A stretch of 64,000 bases of DNA from a virus. The position numbers and the translations under genes were made by a program. The stretch spans positions 10,182 to 74,181 of IMG/VR virus record IMGVR_UViG_3300035189_000005. The stretch is one strand, 5' to 3'. How positions within the stretch are numbered: position 1 is the stretch's first letter; the number at the start of each line of letters is the position of its first letter. Of the stretch, positions 8,479 to 16,588 are shown piece by piece. A model generated the notes under the pieces. It was not told where the DNA came from, ran no database searches, and saw nothing but the letters and a program-made list of their open reading frames with translations.

Positions 8479-8677
8479 CTGGCATTGGATGGATGCCCTC
8501 TGTTGCTGGTATCGAACCAGCGTCTCATATGCTCACGACAGTTCTTCCAGAGCCTGTGCGATCTCTTACCTCAACGGAACCCGTCTTCAAGTACCTACCA
8601 CAAGTTGCAACTGCCTAGTGTGAGCGTGAATCAGCGTCCTACCTTTGGACGATACAGAAGACATCCACCAATGCCAG
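8479..8677 (-). ncRNA. tRNA-like RNA D: 15-bp acceptor stem ending UCCA, D arm, T arm, ~83-nt insert in anticodon arm
   Basis: D arm GUCC-AAAGGUA-GGAC; T arm GCUGG-UUCGAUA-CCAGC; GCUCAC/GUGAGC stem around the insert. Confidence 0.75.
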
Positions 8678-8734
8678 CTTGCTGCATTGTAGCTGCCGCT
8701 GGCATTGGGATTTACTGTTTACTCAGGGCGATGA

Positions 8735-8929
8735 TTACTCGCCGGACGCTTCGGAATCGGCCTTGTCGGCACGGTTCGAAACGGTCTGGAAGCTTTCCTC
8801 GACTTCGATGGCGGAACCATCGTTGAAGTTGATTTCGGTGCCGTTCGGCAGTTCCGCGAAGTGGCTGACCTTGGACAGATCGACACGAACACGGAAGCCG
8901 GAACGCAGTTTCAGTTTGGTGAAAGCCAT
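8735..8929 (-). CDS. small FlbD-like-fold protein, paralog 1
   Basis: Pattern VRVDLSKVSHF...GTEINFNDGSAIEVEESFQTV; SD GGAG. Confidence 0.7.
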   Translation of the reverse strand: MAFTKLKLRSGFRVRVDLSKVSHFAELPNGTEINFNDGSAIEVEESFQTVSNRADKADSEASGE

Positions 8930-8987
8930 TTTTGTTTCTCCAGAGATTTGAGGGGTCCATCCCCCCAAGAAAGGGTTGTTGTTGAAC

Positions 8988-9221
8988 TCAGGCTTCTTTA
9001 GCAGAGGCAGAATTGCCCCGGCCAGTAGCCTTGTTGATGAAACCACGCACCGAACGCGGCGTGTCACTTACGTGATACACGCCGCCATTCGATAGACTGA
9101 TGTGAGTACCCGAGGTCACTGCACCATCACTGTCGGTTGCCGGAGCAAAACCAACGATGTGAGCAGTATTCAGGTCCACCTTCAGATTGGTGTCATTATC
9201 GACCACACGGATGTAGGTCAT
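8988..9221 (-). CDS. small FlbD-like-fold protein, paralog 2
   Basis: Pattern VDLNTAHIVGF...GTHISLSNGGVYHVSDTPRSV; SD GGAG. Confidence 0.7.
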   Translation of the reverse strand: MTYIRVVDNDTNLKVDLNTAHIVGFAPATDSDGAVTSGTHISLSNGGVYHVSDTPRSVRGFINKATGRGNSASAKEA

Positions 9222-9257
9222 TGTTTTACTCCACGGGCTATCGCCCCAAGAAAGGAA

Positions 9258-9755
9258 TCAGATGGACTCACGAGCAGGGACAGGTTCGTCCTCTTGGTTC
9301 TGGTACTTGCCCGAATAGACAGCAGCCTCGACCACCTCGTGGAAAATCACTTGAGCAATGCCCGAACCAGCAGGGATGAGCAGTTCCTCTTCCCCGTGGT
9401 AGACAAGCTCCAGGGTCAAGAAACCGTTCCATCCCGGCTCGATTACGGTGTTGAATACGGACAGACCACGACGTGCCCAGGTGGACTTGTCGTGGACAAT
9501 GCCGGTCAGGTTGGGTGGCATCTGGAATTCTTCCATGGCCGAGGCCAAGCAGAACCGCCCGTCTTTCACGTATTCATCCGCAACATGGATGGTACGGATG
9601 TTGAAGGCATCACCTTTGAAGTGGATGTCCTGCTTAACCCGGATGTCATACCCGGCTTCACCCAAGCCATAGCTGGTGCCTTCGAACGATTTCTTCACTG
9701 CAACCATATCCTTGATAGGTGCAGCAGCCAGCAGTTGTAAGCCGTTGATGATCAT
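9258..9755 (-). CDS. dcd: dCTP deaminase / dUTPase family
   Basis: GYDIR, VHDKSTWARRGL, IEPGWNGFLTLEL, GIAQVIF motifs. Confidence 0.92.
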   Translation of the reverse strand: MIINGLQLLAAAPIKDMVAVKKSFEGTSYGLGEAGYDIRVKQDIHFKGDAFNIRTIHVADEYVKDGRFCLASAMEEFQMPPNLTGIVHDKSTWARRGLSVFNTVIEPGWNGFLTLELVYHGEEELLIPAGSGIAQVIFHEVVEAAVYSGKYQNQEDEPVPARESI

Positions 9756-9757
9756 GA

Positions 9758-10903
9758 TCAGTTCCTGATGTAGATGACTTCGCCATATGTAGGCACATGC
9801 CCACCACCACGGCCAATCCTGATCCAAATGATGGGTACGTGCACTGTAGGTCGCACCATTGGTGTGACTTCCAGATCCGAGAAGATGATAGCAGCCGTTG
9901 GCTGGTGTTTTTCTATATGCTCACGCACACACACCAGCGATGTACCGCTGCCATGAGCATCAGTCACCACATCAAAGGAATCACTTTCCTCGAAGGTCTT
10001 CTCATCCATGATCCGGGTATCGAACTGAACGAGGGTCAACTTCCGTGGATTGAATGTCTCCTTGATGTACTTCACCTCCGAGTTAAAGCGTAAACGCTCC
10101 TGGGCGGTGATGGATGCAGACACATCAAGGTAGTAGATCAGGTGATCCAATCGGCCCTCTTCCTCGTAGGTCGATGGCAGATACATATTCGTGTAGCGGC
10201 GATTTGGACGAGCCCAAGTGTAGGCAATCTCGGCCAGATCACTGAAGAACTTGTACAGCAGGCCTTCCCACGGAACCACGGGAGTCAGGAACTTCTTGAT
10301 GATCCCTTTGGTTCCACCAGGGACGGTGCCAGCTTGCCCACTGGCCTCGGCTGCTTGCACAGCTTTGACCACGTTGGCTATGCCCTTCAGAATGGTTTCT
10401 TCCGTTGGGTCACGCATATCACCTTTACCCGCACCGGGTACACCCCAGGTAGGCTTGGGCTTGGCACCGCTATTGATGAGCAGGTCGTAGATGTCCTCTT
10501 CGACCATCCTCCCGCCTTTGTCCAGATCTGGATTAAGGCAGCACCACTCGATACCTTCGAAGGTATAGCCTTCCTTCTTCAGATCGTTGTTGATGCGATA
10601 GTCCGCTGCTTGGTTCCAGATCTCTGGATCACGATTGCCACGACGGATCATATGCAACAGGCCTGGATGCCACAGCTCATGGGCCAGCACTGTTTTACGA
10701 GTGGCCGGCTTGAGTGACAGGAACCAATGGGGATTCCACCAGAGACTGACCCCATCGGTTTCAGCGGTTTGCACCGTCTCATCCCAGATGAATTCCAGGC
10801 TGCACATCAATGATCCAAGGAAAGCACCAGTGCCTCCGATGAACATCTGAGCCTTGGTCTTGTTGAGTTCCTCATTGAGAAACTGTTCGTCAATCTCTTG
10901 CAT
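9758..10903 (-). CDS. metallopeptidase (HExxH) plus vWA domain protein (N4 gp25-like)
   Basis: VLAHELWH, WNQAADYRIN, DVSAS MIDAS-like motif, IIFSD. Confidence 0.88.
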   Translation of the reverse strand: MQEIDEQFLNEELNKTKAQMFIGGTGAFLGSLMCSLEFIWDETVQTAETDGVSLWWNPHWFLSLKPATRKTVLAHELWHPGLLHMIRRGNRDPEIWNQAADYRINNDLKKEGYTFEGIEWCCLNPDLDKGGRMVEEDIYDLLINSGAKPKPTWGVPGAGKGDMRDPTEETILKGIANVVKAVQAAEASGQAGTVPGGTKGIIKKFLTPVVPWEGLLYKFFSDLAEIAYTWARPNRRYTNMYLPSTYEEEGRLDHLIYYLDVSASITAQERLRFNSEVKYIKETFNPRKLTLVQFDTRIMDEKTFEESDSFDVVTDAHGSGTSLVCVREHIEKHQPTAAIIFSDLEVTPMVRPTVHVPIIWIRIGRGGGHVPTYGEVIYIRN

Positions 10904-10912
10904 GTGACCCCC

Positions 10913-11950
10913 TTATTTCAGGTACTGGGACAAGCGTTCCATACCCTTAGCGAATGCCGGGTGGGTACGCAGTTTGGGATGGTTGATCATCGCCATCCGG
11001 TAGAACAGCACCTGAAATGGCATGTCGAAGCGATTAGCGTAGGTGCACAGGCGGTCGAAGTTGTCCGCCTTGATGTGCTCCATGATCATCGACACTGTTG
11101 CCCAACGGGTATCGTTGTTGAATGGCAGCGGTGCACCTTCAGGATCACGCAGGATTTCCGTGATGGAAACCAGCGAGCCGTATACCTGGGCGAATTGCAT
11201 GAACTCGACTGCCACGCCGGAGCTGATGGTGCCGGTGTAGAGCGGAGCTTTCGCAGGCACAACAGCTTTCCCTTGGATCAGCTTGTTCATGAACTCCCAG
11301 GTCCGAGGGCAACAGAACGTCTTCTCGGTGTGGTTGGGCTTGAAGTCCATCAGCTTCGATGGGTATTGGCTTAAGAAGCCAATGATGCGGCTGTCCCATT
11401 TCTGGGGCATTGCCACATCTTCCAGCCACTCTTCGAAGTTCAGCTTCAGTTCCAGGTGAATGATCCGGGACTGCATAGCAGTGCTGATCGGGTTCACGAT
11501 GGACTTGTCGCTCATCAGGTTACCGGCAGCAGCCATCACTACGTTCGAGTGAAGGTTTTTCTGGCCGGTCATCCTATCCAGCACCAGCTTGAAAGCTGCG
11601 GCTTGCACCTGCTTCGAGGCAGCCGGGAACTCGTCGAGGAAGATCATCCAACCGTTCATGTCTTCAGGAATGTCATCCCCTTCGATTGGGAACAGGTCGG
11701 CAAATGGAGCGAACTCGGCTCGGCCTTGAGCATTGAAGTGAGGCAGGCCGGACAGGTCTTCAGGAGCCGAAGTAGATAGACGGTGGTCGATCAACTTCAG
11801 GCTGTTTTCCTTGGCGATGGAACGCATGATGGAAGACTTGCCCATGCCAGGAGAGCTGTGCAGATACGGCGTAAGCCCAGCTTCCATGACTTCCAAGGAC
11901 ATTTCCTTGGCCTGCCGTGGAGTGACTTGATACATGCTGACTTCAGACAT
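10913..11950 (-). CDS. MoxR-like AAA+ ATPase (N4 gp24-like)
   Basis: SSPGMGKS Walker A, IFLDE Walker B, AAGN, PRTWE. Confidence 0.9.
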   Translation of the reverse strand: MSEVSMYQVTPRQAKEMSLEVMEAGLTPYLHSSPGMGKSSIMRSIAKENSLKLIDHRLSTSAPEDLSGLPHFNAQGRAEFAPFADLFPIEGDDIPEDMNGWMIFLDEFPAASKQVQAAAFKLVLDRMTGQKNLHSNVVMAAAGNLMSDKSIVNPISTAMQSRIIHLELKLNFEEWLEDVAMPQKWDSRIIGFLSQYPSKLMDFKPNHTEKTFCCPRTWEFMNKLIQGKAVVPAKAPLYTGTISSGVAVEFMQFAQVYGSLVSITEILRDPEGAPLPFNNDTRWATVSMIMEHIKADNFDRLCTYANRFDMPFQVLFYRMAMINHPKLRTHPAFAKGMERLSQYLK

Positions 11951-12296
11951 GCTTAACCCCTTTGGTTCGTGCCGCTCTGCGGCGTTGATTTGTGAGATGC
12001 GTCACCATCTCCAAGTGGGCAGGGTTACAACACAGTCGGTTATTGCACCGATGGTCGATCTGCTTCTTGGACGGGATGTACCCGAAATAGATGGTGAACA
12101 CGACAATATGCACGGCTACGGTCTGACCATCCAGGCTCATCCTTCCGTAACCGCCACCTCGACCAGTGCCGGAGTCAGGCCCTGTCCAGATGTGGCAGGG
12201 GGAGGGTTTGCCATCAAGAACAAACCCTTTATCGACTACCTCGACACGGTGATGGATGCGATCAATGATCGACATCCTCCGGTCTGCTGCCTTCAC
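11943..12296 (-). CDS. HNH endonuclease (N4 gp22-like)
   Basis: CHIWTG...YGR...IDHRCNNRLCCNPAHLE..T...N. Confidence 0.88.
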   Translation of the reverse strand: MKAADRRMSIIDRIHHRVEVVDKGFVLDGKPSPCHIWTGPDSGTGRGGGYGRMSLDGQTVAVHIVVFTIYFGYIPSKKQIDHRCNNRLCCNPAHLEMVTHLTNQRRRAARTKGVKHV

Positions 12297-12541
12297 GGCC
12301 AGCGTTTGCCCAGCTTGATGCGCTGGGACTTGCTCTGCGTGAGCAGGATGTTAGCCAGTTCGGCCCCTTCGACATCATTGCCCTTCAGAGCCATTTCCTG
12401 GCACTGAGTGACATGCTTGTCCTTGACGTTGCCGTCAGCCAGCACGATGCGGAGACTACCCCAGCCATCATGGGCTTTACGGTAGGCCTTGAAGCGATCC
12501 AGCGTTACCTGATCCAACGGAATGTTGTTGGGTGCGGTCAT
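12293..12541 (-). CDS. hypothetical protein
   Basis: Coupled ORF with SD GAGGG. Confidence 0.7.
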   Translation of the reverse strand: MTAPNNIPLDQVTLDRFKAYRKAHDGWGSLRIVLADGNVKDKHVTQCQEMALKGNDVEGAELANILLTQSKSQRIKLGKRWP

Positions 12542-12543
12542 GA

Positions 12544-12816
12544 CTATCCCTCTACGACGTATGGTTTGGTTTCTGGATGGGCTTGACGCAGGTCTTTGAA
12601 TATTGATCCAAACCCCCACGAGACAAAGCCCGGTGACTTATCGGTGACGACTTCCACAAGGCGACCAACATCGTCAGGCAAGAAGGTGTATTCCTTCGTG
12701 CCGTGGAAGTTTGGTATTGACGCGCCTACATCGGATTCCTCAACCAAAAAAGCAGTGCGACTGGCCTCAAGGTTATCCACCTCGTGCCTACGTCCTTCGT
12801 TGAGTTGGAGCATCAT
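12544..12816 (-). CDS. hypothetical protein
   Basis: ORF in operon with ATGA overlap. Confidence 0.7.
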   Translation of the reverse strand: MMLQLNEGRRHEVDNLEASRTAFLVEESDVGASIPNFHGTKEYTFLPDDVGRLVEVVTDKSPGFVSWGFGSIFKDLRQAHPETKPYVVEG

Positions 12817-13133
12817 TCCTCCCCGTCGAGAGTCATGGTGATCCTGACGTACTCAACTTCCGGGTCACCTGCCACTGCATAGGTACGACCGGATTGCAGG
12901 TTGGTTACGAACACGCCATCTCCCAGCGTCTTCATAGCGAGATCTCTGACATCACTAAAGCAATCCTTTACTGCTTGATAGCCGCTGACATCTGTACGCA
13001 TACAGATAGCACCGCCATCCATGATGAAGGTGGTGCCCCGTTTGGTATCGCTCAAACGTGGCTTGTAGGCACCGTTGTCTTCGATTACGAACTTGATCGT
13101 CGAAGGCGATTTGTACTTACGAAGTTGGCTCAT
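12813..13133 (-). CDS. hypothetical protein
   Basis: SD GGAG before ATG 13133. Confidence 0.7.
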   Translation of the reverse strand: MSQLRKYKSPSTIKFVIEDNGAYKPRLSDTKRGTTFIMDGGAICMRTDVSGYQAVKDCFSDVRDLAMKTLGDGVFVTNLQSGRTYAVAGDPEVEYVRITMTLDGEE

Positions 13134-13150
13134 GACTTTCTCCCATGAAT

Positions 13151-13175
13151 AAAAAAGCCCATCCGAGGATGGGCT
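13151..13175 (-). terminator. intrinsic terminator
   Basis: Minus strand AGCCCATC-CTCG-GATGGGCT-TTTTT. Confidence 0.85.
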
Positions 13176-13201
13176 CATTGGTTGCTCGACCCAAGAAAGA
13201 G

Positions 13202-14008
13202 TTAAGCAGTGACGGTGATTGCCGAACTGGCAGCCTTGTTGCCGTCAACGGTTTTGACATTGATGGTCACTGGACCAGATGCAACACCTGTTACCAGGCC
13301 GGTGGCCGATACGGTAGCACGAGAAATGTCGCTACTGGTGTAGGTCACAGCCTTGTTAGTGGCAGTGTCTGGCGTGACAGTCGGGGTCAACTGAACAGTT
13401 GCACCTACAGCCACGTTGGCAGTAGTAGGTGCTACTGCCACGGCTACTACCTGAACATTTGCAGGAGGCGATGGCTGCAATTCCTCGCTGAACTCGAACG
13501 GGATGTTCTGTTCGATGTTGCCTACCCGAACACGCAGGAACAGTTCACCCTTCTGCAAGCTCTTGAACGTGATGACACCGTTGCCGGTATCAGCCAGTAC
13601 CTGAACGAGTGCAGGGTTGCTGAATTGGAACTTGACCCCATCAGTGGTTGCACCCACTGGGTCCAGGGTGACAGTCACAGACTGTTCTTCACCAATGAAG
13701 CGACGGTTCAGACCCTGATCGATGAAGACACGTTGCAGTGGTTTGAAGTTACCACCGTAAGTGATCTTGATGCGTTGCATGTCCTGCAACCCACGCTTCA
13801 GGTAAATCTGTTCCTGAACGTGTTGGTACACGACGTGGCTGATGTCTTGCTTCTGCATACCAGAAGCGTTGTCATCCACTGGTTCATGGATGAGGTCACC
13901 CAGCAGTGTGTAACTCGCACCAGGGGATGCATCAGCAGCCAGACGGACCTGAACTTCGTAGGTCTGGTTGGCACCAATGGCGTTAGCAATGTAGCTTTTC
14001 AGTTTCAT
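13202..14008 (-). CDS. capsid decoration protein with Ig-like (Big_2) domains (N4 gp17-like)
   Basis: C-terminal VAPTTANVAVGATVQLTPTVTPDTATNKAVTYTSSD...ATVSATGLVTGV; position downstream of RNAP2. Confidence 0.85.
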   Translation of the reverse strand: MKLKSYIANAIGANQTYEVQVRLAADASPGASYTLLGDLIHEPVDDNASGMQKQDISHVVYQHVQEQIYLKRGLQDMQRIKITYGGNFKPLQRVFIDQGLNRRFIGEEQSVTVTLDPVGATTDGVKFQFSNPALVQVLADTGNGVITFKSLQKGELFLRVRVGNIEQNIPFEFSEELQPSPPANVQVVAVAVAPTTANVAVGATVQLTPTVTPDTATNKAVTYTSSDISRATVSATGLVTGVASGPVTINVKTVDGNKAASSAITVTA

Positions 14009-14026
14009 CAATCTATCCTCAGAGGG

Positions 14027-14060
14027 AAAAAATAGGCCCAACTCCGGGTAGGAGTTGGGC
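14027..14060 (-). terminator. intrinsic terminator
   Basis: GCCCAACTCC stem followed by a T tract on the minus strand. Confidence 0.75.
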
Positions 14061-14068
14061 GTAGTGTA

Positions 14069-15271
14069 TCAGCAGAGAGCGTAATCGGCGTCCAGGATGC
14101 GAGTGTACATGTCTGGCACCATTTTACCGATGTCAGCCTTGTGGCCCAAGAGCTGGGTGAACAAGGACGACAGCAGATTACTGCGGGCAATCTCGAACAG
14201 TTGACGGTTGTACTGCATACGCAGGTCATCGCCATAGTTCGGCAGGCAACGGAAGCAATCGTGGATTGCAATCACTTCGAACGGCTTGGCAGGCAGGCTG
14301 TTGATCAACTCCAGCACAGTGCTGTAATCGACAATGCCTGCGTTGTCCAAGTGGATGTGATTGAGAATGCGAGCAGACAGGTAGCCAGACTCTTTGTAGT
14401 GGTCCCATAGAATGCGCACCATTTCGGAGTCATAGTCATCTGCACCTGTATCATGTGCCTCGCAGTCATGCAGATAGCCCTTAACCTTTGCCACTTGGCT
14501 CGGGTTGTAGTTGCATCGACGGATCATCTCGCGAACGATCATGCCATCCACGGAGTGAGTGGTGTTGGCCCCAAGGGATCGACCCTCTTCCACTGGCATG
14601 TTGACCATAGTGCTGACTTCGAATGGCTGATTGTCGAACATCACTGACTCAGTGATTTGACCCATGACAGTGATCTGCACATGGAAGTTGTCCGGCAAGG
14701 TCCACTTGTAGACCAGACGCTCTGGGTCCCAGATCGCCAGATAGGTCTTGTTGAGTTCCCACACTGCCGGAGTCTCAGACTCCATGGTGTTGTGGAACGT
14801 GGTGAGCAGGATGCCTTCGCCGAAGACCTGCTTGGGGATGGCCTGACTACCATAGAGCGAAGTCAGAATTGCTTCCTTAGTTTTGGCACGAGTGATCAGA
14901 CCAGTTTGACCCAGATGGTTCAACATGGACTGGTACAGGCTCGTGTAGGCATCAGCACGGTGACCGACTCCAACCACGTTGCACAGCTTGGCAGCCATCT
15001 CGTCACCAGTCAGGCATGCAAGGATCTGCATACCAGAACAGGTGGCATCAAGGCTGATTGGGTAGCCCGAAGGCTTACCTGCCATGGTGTCTTCCCAGGC
15101 TTTAACGCCCGCGAAGAACAGTGCAGGTTCCTTTGCAGTTTGCATCATGGACATCAGGTCGTGCTTGTGTTCCTCGAACCAAGCCAACCGAACATCCCAA
15201 TCTTTGTTATCCAGACCATAAGAACCGGCGATGTCCATCGCCAAATATTGCTTGCCAGTGAACTTCTGCAT
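14069..15271 (-). CDS. RNA polymerase II subunit 2 (N4 gp16-like, T7-type catalytic half)
   Basis: Motif A SLDATCSG, motif B RAKTKEAILTSLYG, motif C IHDCF. Confidence 0.95.
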   Translation of the reverse strand: MQKFTGKQYLAMDIAGSYGLDNKDWDVRLAWFEEHKHDLMSMMQTAKEPALFFAGVKAWEDTMAGKPSGYPISLDATCSGMQILACLTGDEMAAKLCNVVGVGHRADAYTSLYQSMLNHLGQTGLITRAKTKEAILTSLYGSQAIPKQVFGEGILLTTFHNTMESETPAVWELNKTYLAIWDPERLVYKWTLPDNFHVQITVMGQITESVMFDNQPFEVSTMVNMPVEEGRSLGANTTHSVDGMIVREMIRRCNYNPSQVAKVKGYLHDCEAHDTGADDYDSEMVRILWDHYKESGYLSARILNHIHLDNAGIVDYSTVLELINSLPAKPFEVIAIHDCFRCLPNYGDDLRMQYNRQLFEIARSNLLSSLFTQLLGHKADIGKMVPDMYTRILDADYALC

Positions 15272-15308
15272 CTATAGCTCCTTGAGTTCGCTTGAACTGA
15301 TATTTAAA

Positions 15309-15500
15309 TTACGGTTGTTTTGTTTCATCATACTCAAGCCACGCTTCATCATCACTGATGATTGCGCAGTGCTTGATCTGCGGATACACATGCGTACCGC
15401 ACTGTGGACAGTAACTAGGTAAACGGGGGTTAACGTTACAGAACAGATGACCGCAGCAAGGCATCTTCAAAAGTCTGAAATGAATTCTTTCTTTACTCAT
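15309..15500 (-). CDS. small Zn-ribbon protein between RNAP subunits
   Basis: PCCGH...YCPQCG; ATGA coupling to RNAP1. Confidence 0.7.
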   Translation of the reverse strand: MSKERIHFRLLKMPCCGHLFCNVNPRLPSYCPQCGTHVYPQIKHCAIISDDEAWLEYDETKQP

Positions 15501-16318
15501 TCGACCACCTCTTGGTTGGCGAACAGGATGACTGCTTTGTTCCAGGCAGTACCTTGATAGTTGACGTGATAGCCTTGGCAATAGCTACGGCCACGTTTGT
15601 CATACTTGTGACCCAAGTGGAAAGTGTCACTGTGTTCCTGCACGATCTTCATTACGTCCTTGGCAGTCCGATCATACTTCTCGAATGCCTTTTTACGACG
15701 CATGAAGTCTTCTTTGGTTTCGTTCTCCTTGGGCTTGTCCAAGTTACGCCATTGGTTCTTAACCAGGTCAACGACACGTTGGTCAATGGTGAACTTCATG
15801 GCATTGCAGCGGTTGATGTGATCGAGACACACATCCTCGTCATGGTGGTTCTTCTTCAGGATGATAGAACCACCCGACGTGAACATGCCGGTGTCTTGGT
15901 TGGTCTTGACCTTCTTCGGTGGAACTACGAAGGGCAATGGATACTGGAAGCGATCCAACTCTTCCTGCACCTCATCCGTGATTGTGAAGCACACCACGAA
16001 GATCTGAAGTTGGGGATTCCAGTCCACCAAGTCGGCTTCCGCACACTTGGTGATCATGTCTGCTACTTGCTGTACATCAGCATAGTGACGCTTCAGTACA
16101 CCGCACAGAGTTGAGAAATCACAACGCTTATGCAATGCCATCTGAGCCAGCAAATCCAGGGCAAACCCTTCAGGAATGCCCTTGGCTTCGAAGTATTCAG
16201 CGAAGTCGAACGTCTCACAGTTGATGAACTCAGACTTGATCCGAGACATCAACTGATTCTTGTTGTACAACTTTTCCAGCTCACGTTGCTGAGCGATCAG
16301 TGTGATCTCTTGGTTCAT
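15497..16318 (-). CDS. RNA polymerase II subunit 1 (N4 gp15-like)
   Basis: FQYPLP, HKYDKRGRSYCQGYHVNYQG (DxRGR motif). Confidence 0.95.
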   Translation of the reverse strand: MNQEITLIAQQRELEKLYNKNQLMSRIKSEFINCETFDFAEYFEAKGIPEGFALDLLAQMALHKRCDFSTLCGVLKRHYADVQQVADMITKCAEADLVDWNPQLQIFVVCFTITDEVQEELDRFQYPLPFVVPPKKVKTNQDTGMFTSGGSIILKKNHHDEDVCLDHINRCNAMKFTIDQRVVDLVKNQWRNLDKPKENETKEDFMRRKKAFEKYDRTAKDVMKIVQEHSDTFHLGHKYDKRGRSYCQGYHVNYQGTAWNKAVILFANQEVVE

Positions 16319-16330
16319 GCTTATTGCTCC

Positions 16331-16588
16331 TTAGTTGCCGTTGAATATCTTACGAGCCTGATCAGTTCTGTTCAGGATTGGCCCTACGGTATTGCGGATT
16401 GACTTGAGGAACTCACGCAGGCCAGCCTCATGCTTGAGCATGTAAGCCTTGCCGAGTTTCTCGTAGAAGTGAGTGATGAATGCATCATCACCATAACCAG
16501 CGAGTGCCTCAAGAGCACGCAACTCCGACTCACTAACAGTGAAGGTAGTTGTGATCTCGATGGCCGGAATACCAGTGATCTTGGCCAT
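16331..16588 (-). CDS. hypothetical protein
   Basis: LRALEALAGYGDDAF..FY..LG..Y pattern; coupled ORF. Confidence 0.75.
   Translation of the reverse strand: MAKITGIPAIEITTTFTVSESELRALEALAGYGDDAFITHFYEKLGKAYMLKHEAGLREFLKSIRNTVGPILNRTDQARKIFNGN

Noticed and set aside
7737-8677. Repeats interpreted as a CRISPR mini-array or retron msr-msd
   Set aside because: The repeats are inverted pairs with unequal 120-170 nt interiors, not direct repeats with uniform spacers; no cas or reverse transcriptase gene in the window.
8238-8951. Plus-strand ORFs over the ncRNA array (126, 128 and 90 aa) and the N-terminal extension of 7375-7875
   Set aside because: No SD, atypical composition, and the region is better explained by minus-strand RNA structure.
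11943-12296. HNH gene as a mobile homing endonuclease or intron
   Set aside because: It sits at the conserved N4 gp22 position and interrupts no gene.
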